Shown one piece after another: positions 24,001 to 35,892 of a stretch of 64,000 nt of DNA. Position numbers and translations under genes: made by a program. The notes beneath the pieces were generated by a model. That model was given only the letters and a program-made list of their open reading frames with translations, made no database searches and had not been told where the DNA came from. The stretch covers positions 16,616,001-16,680,000 of the forward strand of contig JBHGNT010000015.1 of the NCBI GenBank assembly GCA_043228905.1, in the 5' to 3' direction. Position 1 is the first letter of the stretch, and each line of letters begins with the position of its first letter. This stretch comes from Azolla caroliniana. Taxonomy: Eukaryota > Plantae > Polypodiophyta.

Positions 24001-27000
24001 GAAGCTTCCTGGCTGTGGTGCTCGCGGCGAAAATCTTCTTGAGATTTTCCCACGCACCCTTCGGAGTCTTTGCATCCCGAACATAGCCCAATAGCTGTTC
24101 GCCCACACACGATGCGAAGTAGTATAGTACCCTGCTCGCCGATTGCTCCCACGACGGGAAGTCTCTGTGTGTCGATTCGGGTGCCGCGTCAGTAGCTCCT
24201 TCGATGTAACTCCAGTAGCCGTGCCCGAGCAGGTACTGGTGCATCTTGTAGGACCAAGACGCGTAGTTGGTTCTGTCGAGCTTCTCTGTTGGAAGCGAGC
24301 TCGCCATGCCTCTATCCATCGTTCTTCTTGTTCTTCTTCATCAAGCTGTGTCGGCTGCAGAGAGGTTCTCAACCCTCGCGCTCTGATACCATGTAGAAAG
24401 TAGCGTGCGGAAGCAGGTATGAAGACAGAACAAAGGAAGGAAACTCAGGTTCAATGGAGAGCTTGAGCTTACACGGTATACGCGGGAGAGACAGAGAGAG
24501 TAAGAGAGAAGACACAAAAACTATATTCAACAATAATACTCAGTCTGTACATAAGACGTGCTCAGTGAACACTTTTATACAAGTCCTGGAAGGACTGACC
24601 GAAGTACTGACAGTACTTCAATGCTCATTAAGAGCTCCTACACTAATTCCCAAATATATTCCTCACGGAATATCTTTCCTAACGGCCTCCCGGTTTACGC
24701 ACTCAGCCTAACCGATCAGTCCTCGGCTTCTTCAGCCGATCCAGCCGATGTTGAGCTTGTCTCTCAACAAAGCATTTCCTCTTTACATGTGGTCATTGTG
24801 CCATCTATCTTTTTTAAGCATGAAGGTTGAATCTCAGATCCTTTGCATTTAACAGCTTCAAAAAATCCTTTAGTAAATCCTACCCTCATCCAGCTTGTTG
24901 CCTTACTTCGATAGGCATAAGTACTCCTAAGTTTTTGGTACATCTCTAATTTGCTTTTGGCCTCCTCTAGTAGAGCCTCAATCTATACATTATGTGGGTA
25001 CAATTCTCTTCGTTGTTGCATAGAAGCGAGTGACCATTGCAGTCTTTTCTAATTTCAATCGCTTTCTTTTGAAAAAAGCCTACGCATGCCTCAAGTTTCC
25101 CAGCCAGCCTATGAGCAGGGTCAAGGTACCTCCATTTGATATTAGACCATATTTTCCGTATATCATGGGTCCATTTAGTATCCATAACCAATTCCTTGCA
25201 CACCTTCACATTATGTGGCTTGCATCGATTGTTTTCTTGTATGTGCAACAGAACTGGGGCATGATCAGAGAACATTGTACCCGAACAAATAATGCATTTG
25301 CCTTTCCTATCCATGAGTCGAGGGTCCAAATACCATCTGTCCATGCACACTTCCTCCTACTCTAGAGTATCGAAGAGATTTTTCTTTTCGCATTTGAAAG
25401 CTAGGTGCATTCCAACAATCTATTACATTATATGCTAAACAAAATTTATCCCATGCATACTTCTCCGCCCACTGCACCATGCCATTTTCATTCCCTCTTC
25501 TATCTTCTGGATGCTCCACCATATTAAAATTTCCTCCAATGATCCACAAGTCAGCATCTGGCTTCTTGGCCACTAATTGCAACCAAAATTCTCGTCTTTC
25601 AACAACTGAATTTGGGGCATATATGTTCAATATGCCTAGGTGCCCACAACTATGTTTTATCCTTATGTAGACAACACAACCCTTTATTAAACTCCCCCTG
25701 CTTGTACAATCAACAGTAAACTTAGCTTTCATAGCTATAAGTACTCCCCCCTGAATCTGCCTATCCCCCGTAGTTGCTAACCATGTATTGGTTCAGTTCC
25801 CCGGGCAAATGCTTCCAATTGTATCGATCTTATCCTCATCTAGATGGTGCTCCTACACCAAGATAATATCAAGCACCACTGCCTCAGTGCAACGTTGGAT
25901 TTCAGCAGCCAATACATTCTTTTTCATCTGGAATTGGGTGCCACCAATTCCTTGTATATTCCAAGTTAACAAGCTAAGATTCATATAACTTGCACCTTCT
26001 GAGGCCCGACCAATGCATTATCCGCTTCCATATGGCAACTAATATCCTATCTTGGTGATTTTCCTGTTCCAGCTGTGTCAACATTTCAGGGATGTATACC
26101 ATGAATTTCGTGAACACTTTAGGAATATTCCTAAATTTCACATTTATGTAGCATATGCCTTGCTCATTCACCTTGCCCGGACTCGAAATCAAGGCATCTT
26201 TCCAGTGTCTTTTCATTTTCATCCCTATTGCAGTACCATATGATGAGTCTACATGAACATCCATTTGTTGTTCCAAACATCCAAGTGCTTCTTCTTTGCT
26301 ATATGGTTCCTTATTTCCCACGGCCAAAATATAGGACAAACCAATGATCCGTTCTTCATCAATACATTTACCATATATATTGACTCTACATATGTTGTCC
26401 TTCTTCATCTCACTTCCACATATTTCCTTGAACCACTTTTTGCCTGTTAGTTTCAATTTGATATGTTGTCTAGTATTCCAGAGGGGGATCGCCTTGTATT
26501 GAAGATTCTAGTTCACTCTTGGCCATTTACGCATCCCTTTTTTTTTTCCATCCCCTTCACCTCCTCTTTTCTAGCACGCATGTGCATTTTCATTTTTGCT
26601 ATCCCCTTAATATAATGGGTTGTCACCAAGGGGCTTATGACCTTTCCTACATTTACTTCTCCTACCTCATCCATACTTTCATAAAGCATCTGGCCAATAT
26701 TATCCCCTACCAAGTTGTCTTCCTGGTGTAGTTTCTCCATATCATTAATTGCTTCCACATTATTGCTCTCATGAGTTGCCTTCGTTCTTGCTTCCCTTTC
26801 ATTATGTTTTTTTTCATTGTCCTCTAAGATTAAGAGCGTGTATTTGTTTCTCAGTGGGAGTCATTCTTGTCCGACCATGACTTTCTGTTTGCCTTTATAG
26901 GTGTTATATTTCCATCCATCTTCATTCTTACTCATTGCATGGTTGATTTGTTGATTATTCTATTGCATCAGGCTTGTTTTGCTTTTCCGTCCTTGCTTCC

Positions 27001-27060
27001 CATTTCCATGATGCATGTTCTCCTTTCCTCTAGGGCATTCTCGGGTCATATGCCCCATTT
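18070..27060 (-). mobile_element. Degenerate L1-type LINE (ORF1 relic, APE endonuclease, RT), interrupted by the copia at 19124-24769 and cut at 18069
   Basis: ORF2 start ~25984 (MNLSLLTWNIQG). Motifs NIYAPN, WIIGGNFN, MDRWY, SDHAPV, then AGIDGLP, LIPK, NWRP, QTGF, LLDFEKAYDRISW, QGCPLAPYLY, YANDT. The 5' boundary is approximate. Confidence 0.85.
19124..24769 (-). mobile_element. Full-length young Ty1/copia element with 378-bp LTRs and TSD AAGCA
   Basis: LTRs 19124-19501 and 24392-24769 (4 differences seen by eye). TSD 19119-19123 and 24770-24774, PBS TGGTATCAGAGC 24380-24391, PPT 19502-19510. Gag (KLDRTNYASWSYKM), zinc knuckle, WYVDSGAS, INT, RT (YVDD), RH (ADIFTK). Several frameshifts and stops. 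Confidence 0.97.
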
Positions 27061-30000
27061 GTCTACATGCAAAGCAACTGAATATTAATATATTCCTATT
27101 GGTAGGTTATATTAATATAGTACCATCTACCTAAACCTTACCTCTCAACGCATGCAAAATTGTCTCAATCGAATGACCTTTATTTCAATACCTAATACCA
27201 AATTCAAAATTTCCTAAAATACCATTTTCCTTTGATTAATCTCACAATTTGTTCACTTGATGATTATAGGTATTCAAAATGTATAATTCATAGTTAGAAT
27301 TGATCATTCTTTGATTAATTATATGCTTCCAAATGAAAGCCATGCATCTTTCTCTGCTTGTCATACACATCCATTATATCATATCTAGTAACAATGGTGT
27401 TATTGTTTTAGTTTCCTCATTTTTGTTTTATTTTCACTTAATATTATTTTTGATTGGATGTTTTGTTTTATGCATTTAATTACCTAAAATGTTGGGATAA
27501 TCCTGTGCATGTAATTCTATCACATAGGCACTAATGAACAAAAGGGTAAAGCACACTTCTTACAATGATAAATGATTAGTTATATGTCTCTATTCACACA
27601 TGATGTTATTATTATTAGTAGTTGCTGCAATGTTAATCATATTAGTTTTATCTGTAGAAGGGATAGATGAATTGTTTTTAAGGATATACGTTCGAGTATT
27701 GGGTGCACATAAACGATTTGTGTGGGTTACCAATTGGTTGATAGTTTCTCAATATCTCTATATTTGCTTGAACCCCTCAAAGAAAATAGTTGCATTATGA
27801 ATGGATAATGTTGCATACTTCTCCTTAAACATTCCAATGATTTTGTCCAAAATGATCATAGAACAACTAATTTTAAGAAACACCAACTTTAATGTAAACT
27901 TTTTGAAATAGGATGGATTTGGAAGAAGATCATATTTGTATTATTCACATAATGTGAAAATTGTGAAAATCAAACATCCATTGAAATTGAGTTTTGAATA
28001 TAGGAGGATTTAGAGTTTCCCACTTCACTCAATATAATAAGTTCTAAAGATTTTCCAGGTGCCTTCTTGTATCATTAAAATAGTCTGAAATAATTTTCAA
28101 TAATAGAAATAAGTCGTTTTAAGTAATGTAAGAAAATAAAAATTCATCGAGGCATACATGAGAGTTTATTTGAAATTTTTGTTTAGAACCAAATCCAACG
28201 AGATCAATGTACCGGCAACTCCATAGAAATTTAATGAATGAATGAGGAATACTTCATGTGCGATTAGTTGCCCAATGACTTGTTGCTCATAGAATGAATA
28301 AAAATATAGAAAATTTAAACTGATGAGAAATAAATGTTAAATTAATGATGGTTACTCTAGAGTCTAGACATTATACATTCTAAAATTCCATTACAATAGA
28401 AGGTTTCAGTGACGCCCCACTTTTTGCTAAAACACGTTGTAACCTATATTTAAAGTATGTGTCGCTAACTGCACCTCTATGTGATGTGTGTAGAGTTTAT
28501 GTGATGTTACTATACCGAAACGCACAACACATTGGATGAACATAAGACATGCATTGCATGGCGACGTGTTGGGAAGCATCACACAACGATGAGCATAAGA
28601 AAAACGTTCTACAACAACGCATTCTTCAAAATGCTTTTAAAAAACATGAGAAAAGGGGGGATGAATCCCCCTTTTTATAATATGAAAGTCTCCCACCTTC
28701 AACAAGCAACAACACATATGCATACACATATTGACATCCAACTACCCTGCTCGATTGCCAAGTATGTCTCCTCGATTAGGGTTAGTGTTAGGAACATACA
28801 CATCCACATCCACATACACATACATATGGATCCTATGTTTTAGTTAAATATGGAGCCTATGCTTTTGGAATTACCATCAAGCATTCCAACACTATTATTT
28901 TCCACACAAAATTTCATGATGGTGTTGGGGTGTACAAAGGACAATATTCAAACACAAATGGCCCTCTTAGAAACTCTGGAGTATGATGACCTTTGGAAAT
29001 GCATCAAATAGTTACAACTCAATGTTTCTTAGATACCGTTGTTGACACCAACGAGGACAATGAGTCAAATACAACAAGTAGCACTCGAACCATCACCGTT
29101 GCCAAGAAATTTTAGAGGTGAGTGTTACATGCATAACCGTAAATTATCATGAGATAGGTTTTATGTAGTTTGCCCTAATCTTATGATGAGTACATGTGGG
29201 TTAATTATGAAAGGAACGACGCTATGAATTGTAATTTTCAATTCTATGGTGTGGAATAACTATTAAGTATGTTATCACTTTACCACTTCACATAAAGTAG
29301 TCAAGTGTGAACACTCAGGGCCTAGGGTTTCTGCCTATATAAGAAGGCTAGCTAACTTCTTATCACGAAGGCTTAACTTATGTTGAAACTATTATAGTGT
29401 GGGTAGGGCTCTTGTTAACTAAGCACGTGCAATCCTCATGGAATCCAAGGTAAGATTCACATCAACCCTTGATGGTATGGGGCATTATGGAGGTTTGGGT
29501 TCGTCTCACACCATAGCTAGGGGGTGGTCGGGTGGTTTGCCTTGTTTCCTTTCTTAGGTCAATAATTCCTTATATTTTGCTTAATTAATTAGTTAAACTC
29601 TAACTATGTGATCGTGGGTACCTTGCAAGACATTACCTTCATTAGACTCCTCCGAAGGCACAAATGATGCTCATATTGCTAAGTAGTCCCAAGTAATCTT
29701 GCACCTATTTGAAAATGTAAGCAATCATTTTAAATTGGTTTTCCAAAGGTTTTAGAGATTCTGAAGTGATCTTTCTAAACGAGTGTGCATCAAACATGTT
29801 GTTGAACCACCATTGAAGTGGATCAGTATTGGTTCTTGCTTGAATAAATCTCATAAATTATTTGATTTCTAAATTAGAAGAAGACAGTGAGTCATGTGAG
29901 TTCTCACTGACAACCTAAGATTCCCAAAAATCAACATGATCTATGTGATTTCTTGACATGTTTTGTTAATTGTATAGTTTACAACATCATCTATATCATG

Positions 30001-32336
30001 ATTTTCTTTTAATACTTTTTGAACCAAATCACTATCCAAGTTCCTCTCAATTGAGTGTTGAAACTTGAAAAAATGAAGATTTAGTCGATTGGGAAGAAGT
30101 GATCGAAATAGCGGAGCCAGTTGTGGATTAAGAGGCGTGCCAACACAAAGAAGAACCCATGGAGAAAAGGCGCAACTCGAGAGCATATAACCAAGCTAAG
30201 AAAGAAGAACCAAGGAGTTCGACTCTCAACAATAATATTAAGTCCAAAACTGCTGATTAAGAAATAAAATACCTTTATAAATTAGGGATTTCAAGTTTTT
30301 GAGGTAAACAATTACAACAATGGTATATTTTCAAAAATAAATTATAAATTAAGAACCCTAAATTTCATGAAGAAGAAGTAAATAAAACTCTAAGACAACA
30401 AGAAGGCTAAGGAAAAGAAGAAGAGGAAGAAAAAGAAAATAATAATTGGAAAACATAGTTGTTCACAAGAAATACTCCAGTTTTGGTGCAACGTCCCAAC
30501 AATTGATGACCATGTTGCCTCTTATTGATGTTGGTCCTGCACGCCCTCTTGATTCGCAACCCTAGCTTCCTCACTTCCCAATTTGGCAAAGCTTCAACAT
30601 CTTTCACTTTCTTTGCCTCTTTAATGAGTTCTCTTCACCCTTTTATAGGATGAAAGAGGCTTTCCGCCCAAATAAAAACGTAGGTGCTTTTTTATTTTAG
30701 CACACTCCATGCTCCCTCCCAAATAATAATAATAATAAAGTAACAAAATGTCTTTCTTGCCACACGTTCAGTTGAATATGTGAGATAATATGATATGCGG
30801 AACGATATGAGGACTTGCAAGATAAGATGTGTACAACAAACAACACAAATATGCAACAACAACAAGAAGGAAGGTAGAATATTGACACAGATTAAGCTTC
30901 AATGGAAGTTATCTCTTATTCTCTTCTTTGTAACTCTTTCTACCCCAACACTTAACTTTACAATGTTAGGTTTGAGCTTATATACTCAAGTCTTAACTAG
31001 AGAATGTGTTCACACTAAGGAAGGAATTGGCATTTTCTGCCAACAAACTTCCCTATAAAAGGGCTACTCTTATGTATACAAATAATTTGGCCTGGTTATC
31101 TCCCCCGTGAACCTAAATTACAAATCTAATCTATAGTTAGAAGTATACAAATCTAATCTAAGTTACGTCGGCATTTGGCCAAACCAGCAGAGGTAAGGTC
31201 AGTGTCTAGCCTAAATTGGTTGATCTTCTGGATTGTGTGTTGTCTGGGTCGGCATGTTTGAGTCGGTCAGATCGACTTGTTCGGATCCATTTACCTCCAA
31301 GTCGACTCATTTGCTCGAATCGATTCATGTTTGATTTTGACTCTCGGTCTTTAGTCGATTTGCTTCCTACTTGTGCTGGCTCCCAAGCTCCTCACTAGAT
31401 CTTTTATCTTTCTTTGGCTTTGCTCGCCTGTCGATCATTTTCTCTCCAGTCAACATCCTCGCTCGATGCTACATCTTCATCCTCTCGGTATTCTGACTCT
31501 TTGGATTTTTCCTTCTTGGTTTGTCCAATCGGGTCGGTCTTCGTCTTCCCTTCTGTTGTTGCTGATTTAGCTTCTTTTTGCTCGATCGCTTGTCGTAGTC
31601 CCATGATTGTCCATAGTGTTATGAAGCATTGATATGGGAGTGGCTTCGTCAAGCAATCAACAATATTCACCTCGGTGTCGATCTTCCAAACTTTGAGCTT
31701 CTTCTTCATTACGAGCTCCCAGATATGATGAAACTGCACCTCAATGTGTTTCATCTTCGTGTGATAGACTGGATTTCGAATGAGGTGTATTGCACTTTGA
31801 GAGTCGCAAAAGATGGTTGACCCTGGATGGTCGATTCATCTTGTCACCGAGAAGTCGGTTGATAGTTGATGCAACCCCATGGCTTCCTTTCCTGTCTCCG
31901 ATGTTGATATGTACTCAACCTTTGTGGTAGACATGGTCGTGCACTGTTGAAGCTTTAACTTCCATGATATGGCACCACCGCCATAGGTGAAAAGATAGCT
32001 TGATGTCGATTTCCAATTATACGTATTTCTAGCATAGTCGGAATCGGTATAGCCTTTTACTTCATTCAGAATGGCTGATCTGAAAGTCAATTGTACATCC
32101 TTAGTTCCTCTCAGATACCTAAAAATGTGTTTGGTGACCTCCCAATGCATTCGTCCTGGGTTCAACATGTATCAACTCACGACCCCTACGACATAGGCAA
32201 GGTTGGGTCGAGTCGCCGCCAATGCGTACATGATACTTCCTATGGGATATGCATAGGGTATCTTTCCATTGAGATTTCTCTCCTCATCTGTCGAAGGAGA
32301 TCCTTTGTCTGATAGTCTAATCGACGTCGGTAGCGG

Positions 32337-33123
32337 TGTCGTGCCTTTCAGCGCCGGATCGTTGCATGAGTCAGGTGGAAACCGTTGAGGTTTTGGACTA
32401 GGAGAAGGAAGAATTTAAAGCAGATAAGATTGTGAATAGATTGAAAGAGAGAGATAAAATCATTTGTGAATCCCACGAGTATAATGTATTTTATTAATCA
32501 ATATTTAGATAAGAATATGAATTTAGATTGAAAGAGAGAGATAAAATCATTTGTGAATCCCACGAGTATAATGTATTTTATTAATCAATATTTAGATAAG
32601 AATATGAATTTAGATTGAAAGAGAGAGATATAAAAAACTTGTGAATCCCACGAGTATAGTTTATTCGATTAATCCATATTTAAAACCCTAATAATATCCA
32701 AGAATTTTTACCCCAAAATTTGTTACACCCAATTACATTTTTACTCCCATCCTTATATAGTGATGGGAGAGGCTTTAGCAATCCATGCTTTTTCTGACTT
32801 CATGCTTTTTCTAACTATGGACTTTGTGTTTTTTCTATCATGTTTTTTTTCTAACTATAGTGTTCATGCACGCGAGATATGCATGAGTAGTTTTTTCCTA
32901 GAAAATATGTGTGAGATAACCTTTGTATATTGAAAATCTACTTTTTAACACTCATGATGTGTTAGTATAATGGTAAGGCTTCAAATTATTAACATGGATG
33001 TACAGGGTTTGATTCTTGCCCTATGCATGTAACCTATATTTTAATATTTTCTCCTATTTCTTCATACTTATTCAATCGGTATTCCATACGTTTCTCACAT
33101 CGTGTACGAATTACACTACAACA
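32337..33123 (-). mobile_element. Solo LTR of the same family as 8255-9124, 4-bp TSD
   Basis: TGTCGTGCCTTTC...CACTACAACA. TSD GCGG/GTGG (CpG decay). Excision restores the copia RT reading NMENAKPRSTPLPTSIRL. Internal 87-bp tandem repeat (~32437-32660). Confidence 0.9.
32963..33025 (+). promoter_or_regulatory. tRNA-like A/B-box module inside solo LTR
   Basis: A box TAGTATAATGGT (32963) and B box GGTTTGATTC (33006, CpG-decayed GGTTCGATTC), 43 nt apart. Confidence 0.6.
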
Positions 33124-34240
33124 GTGGAGTTGATCGTGGCTTCGCGTTCTCCATGTTGAAGCGCTTTAGGACCTTTCGGATATAACCAGATTGGGAGAGC
33201 CGAAGGATTTTTGTTGTCTAATTTTGCTCTATCCTCATGCCCAGTATATGTTGGGCTTGCCCGAGTTCCTTCATCGCAAATGTGTTATGAAGGCTCTGCT
33301 TTAGCTCTCCGATCTCTACTCGATTGTTCCCTACAATGAGCATGTCGACGACATATATGATCAGATAGATATGGGACTCGTCGGCCAATTGCCGAATATA
33401 CATACACGGGTCAGAGTCGGACCGACAGTAGCTGAGCTGCCGAATGTACGTATCGAATTTCTAGTACCACATCCTCGACATTTGTTTTAAGCCATAAAGG
33501 CTTTTCTTTAGTCGACATAAGAGGTGACCTTCCTCCCCCTATCACAATGAAGCCTATTGGTTGAGACATATAGATGTCTTCTTCCAAGTCTTTGTGTAAG
33601 AATGTCGTTTTGACATCCAACTACTCGAGCTCTTGATCTTCAGTCGCCATAGAGTCGAAGGGTGGTCATCATGACTACTAGTTAAAAATATCTTCATAGT
33701 TGAACCCATGTTCTTGTTTGAATCCCTTTGCGACGAGCCAAGCTTTGTATTTGGGCTTCTCTGAATCAGATACATATGTGTATCGGAAGTTTGACCCATT
33801 TGCAAGGCAACGACTTCTTTCGAGCTGGTAATATGACCAACTCCCATGTTTGATTCTAGTGAATCCAGTCCATCTTGGATTTCATGGTTTGTAGCCATGT
33901 GTTGACATCCGACGCGGCTATAGTTTCCTCATAAGAGCTTAGTTCGTCTGCATCCGCGTAGTTAACGTAGTCGAGGCCTAGTTGATAAAACTCTATAATC
34001 GGCCTTCAAATTTGTCTAGATCTCCTAGGTTCCAAGTGGATTGGTTCGGATCCTTCGATCAACTCGATCGACTGATCGACATTATTTGAACCGTCTTCGG
34101 GATTCCTTTTGGATGACTCACCCTTGTAATAGGATTTTGGCGATGTTGAGTCATCCTCCCCTTTTTCGGGTTCGAATGATAGAGGGTCAGGGAACTTAGC
34201 TAACTTGACTCAGCTTTTCATCCCCTTAGTGTCATGATAT

Positions 34241-34300
34241 GGCAAGACTCGAACCCATGACCTTATGCTACATGGGTCGAGCTCTTACCATTAGACTATG
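34241..34300 (-). promoter_or_regulatory. tRNA-like A/B-box module at the U3 end of the chromovirus 5' LTR (antisense)
   Basis: Minus strand: A box TAGTCTAATGG (34298-34288) and B box GGTTCGAGTC (34255-34246), 43 nt apart. The 3' LTR copy has a damaged B box. Confidence 0.7.
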
Positions 34301-34737
34301 AATTGTAATTTGTAGGATATCATTTATGCTTTATCATAGAAAATTGATGTATATTCCAGATCTCTCTAGAACATTCTAGAAGCTTGAGGATTATTCCTAA
34401 AAACACTATAAAAGGAGGCACAAGGCATTGTTTTGAACCAAATTGGTTCACCGCTAGTCTTAAGCCTCTTAGCCACTTTGTACTTATCTTTCACATAATA
34501 TATTAGCTATTGTCATCATCTTTCTCTCTCTCTCATTCTCGTTATCTCTCTCTCTCTCCTCTTCTCTCTTCCTCTCTCGGGAATCTTACGCAGTTCCATC
34601 CTCTTAGTACTAATAGTACTTCTCTTCTCTAGTACTAATTCTCTCTCTGTTTAGTACTATTCTTGACAATTTGAACCAATTTCCTTCCTCAAGTCTACTT
34701 GTCGTTTTTCCTCCTCCTCCTACCCTTTTTCTATACT

Positions 34738-35892
34738 ATGTCTACTGTTAGCGCCCAAGAATATCAATCCGTTTTCTTTGAGCTACAGTGTCTAAAAGAA
34801 AAGTTTGTTGCCATAGAACAAGAAAACCAACGGTTGATAGGGGATCTGCAACAAATCGCTCTCGAAAAACAACAAACGCAACAACATGGGGAGTTGGCGT
34901 TACGGGTACAACAACTCGAAGTAGTGTTGCAACAACAAGGATCAAGTCCCCAAGGATTTCATAAAGAGCCCAAGATTGGACTTCCTATGAAATTTGATGG
35001 AACGCGATCGCAATTCTAGGGATTCCTTAATCAGGTACGCTTAGTCATCCAGATGCATCCTTCCCGATATCCCACTGATGCATCTCGAGTCGGCCTAATA
35101 GGCACGTTACTTAGCGGCTCAACCTTGGCATGGTTCGCTCCGCTTCTAGAAAAACAATCACCCTTGCTTAATAACTTTGAAGATTTTATTAGTGAGTTTA
35201 AAGCCTGCTTTGGAGATATCGACAGCATCAGGACGGCGATCAACAAAATCCGAAGATTGCGTCAAGGCGATCGTCCAGCCTCTGCCTATGCGGCGGATTT
35301 CCGTCTACTCGCCTCAGATATCCCCTGGGATGATCAGGCCCTAATGGACCAGTTTCGCTACAGCTTGCGCAACGATGTCAAAGACTTGCTTTTAACCTTC
35401 CCCGAAGAACCAAAGTCTCTTACGAAGGCAATCAGTCGAGTGGTCCGATGGGACAACCGCCTTTTCAAACAGCGTTCGGAACGTCAATTACAAATACCAT
35501 GCTCTCGGCCGGAACCCACATACGCCTCAGTCACGGCTAAACCGTTTGCACGCGACATGCCTCAAGCCAATATTCCGACACCGATGGAGATCGCCACCAT
35601 GCATTGACGCGGCCCGTTATCGGAAGAAGAAAATCAACGACGACGTGACAATCGATTATGTCTTTATTGTGGTGGACCAGGGCATATCGCCATCAATTGT
35701 CCCCATAGGCCAAGAAGACAGGTAAATCAAATCGTCACCTGTACTAAACCCGAGTCAATTCTTCCCTTCGGAGTGTCTGATAGTATTAATAGTACTAATA
35801 GAGTCTCAGATAGTATTCATAGTACTAATAGCCCAAGTATCTCAAACAAATTTGAAATCCTTAGTCAATTAGATGAAGAGTTAAACGATTGA
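34738..35892 (+). pseudogene. Chromovirus gag (coiled coil, retrotransposon-gag domain, CCHC knuckle) with in-frame stops
   Basis: [61 protein letters not shown]. Ends GAG TTA AAC GAT TGA. Confidence 0.9.

Noticed and set aside
19124-24769. Broken ORF despite near-identical LTRs as proof of trans-mobilisation
   Set aside because: About 1% LTR divergence already predicts enough internal mutations to explain a few lesions.
28389-28700. CACTA-like end and hairpin aaaggggggatgaatcccccttt
   Set aside because: Terminus is degenerate (cattacaa), with no partner end, TSD or transposase.
29140-29635. LTR-like segment with TATA and tagggttt
   Set aside because: Boundaries and TSD could not be fixed.
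30056-30599. Solo LTR (TGTTGAA...TTCAACA)
   Set aside because: Flanks TTGAG/TCTTT give no TSD, and there is no PBS, PPT or second copy.
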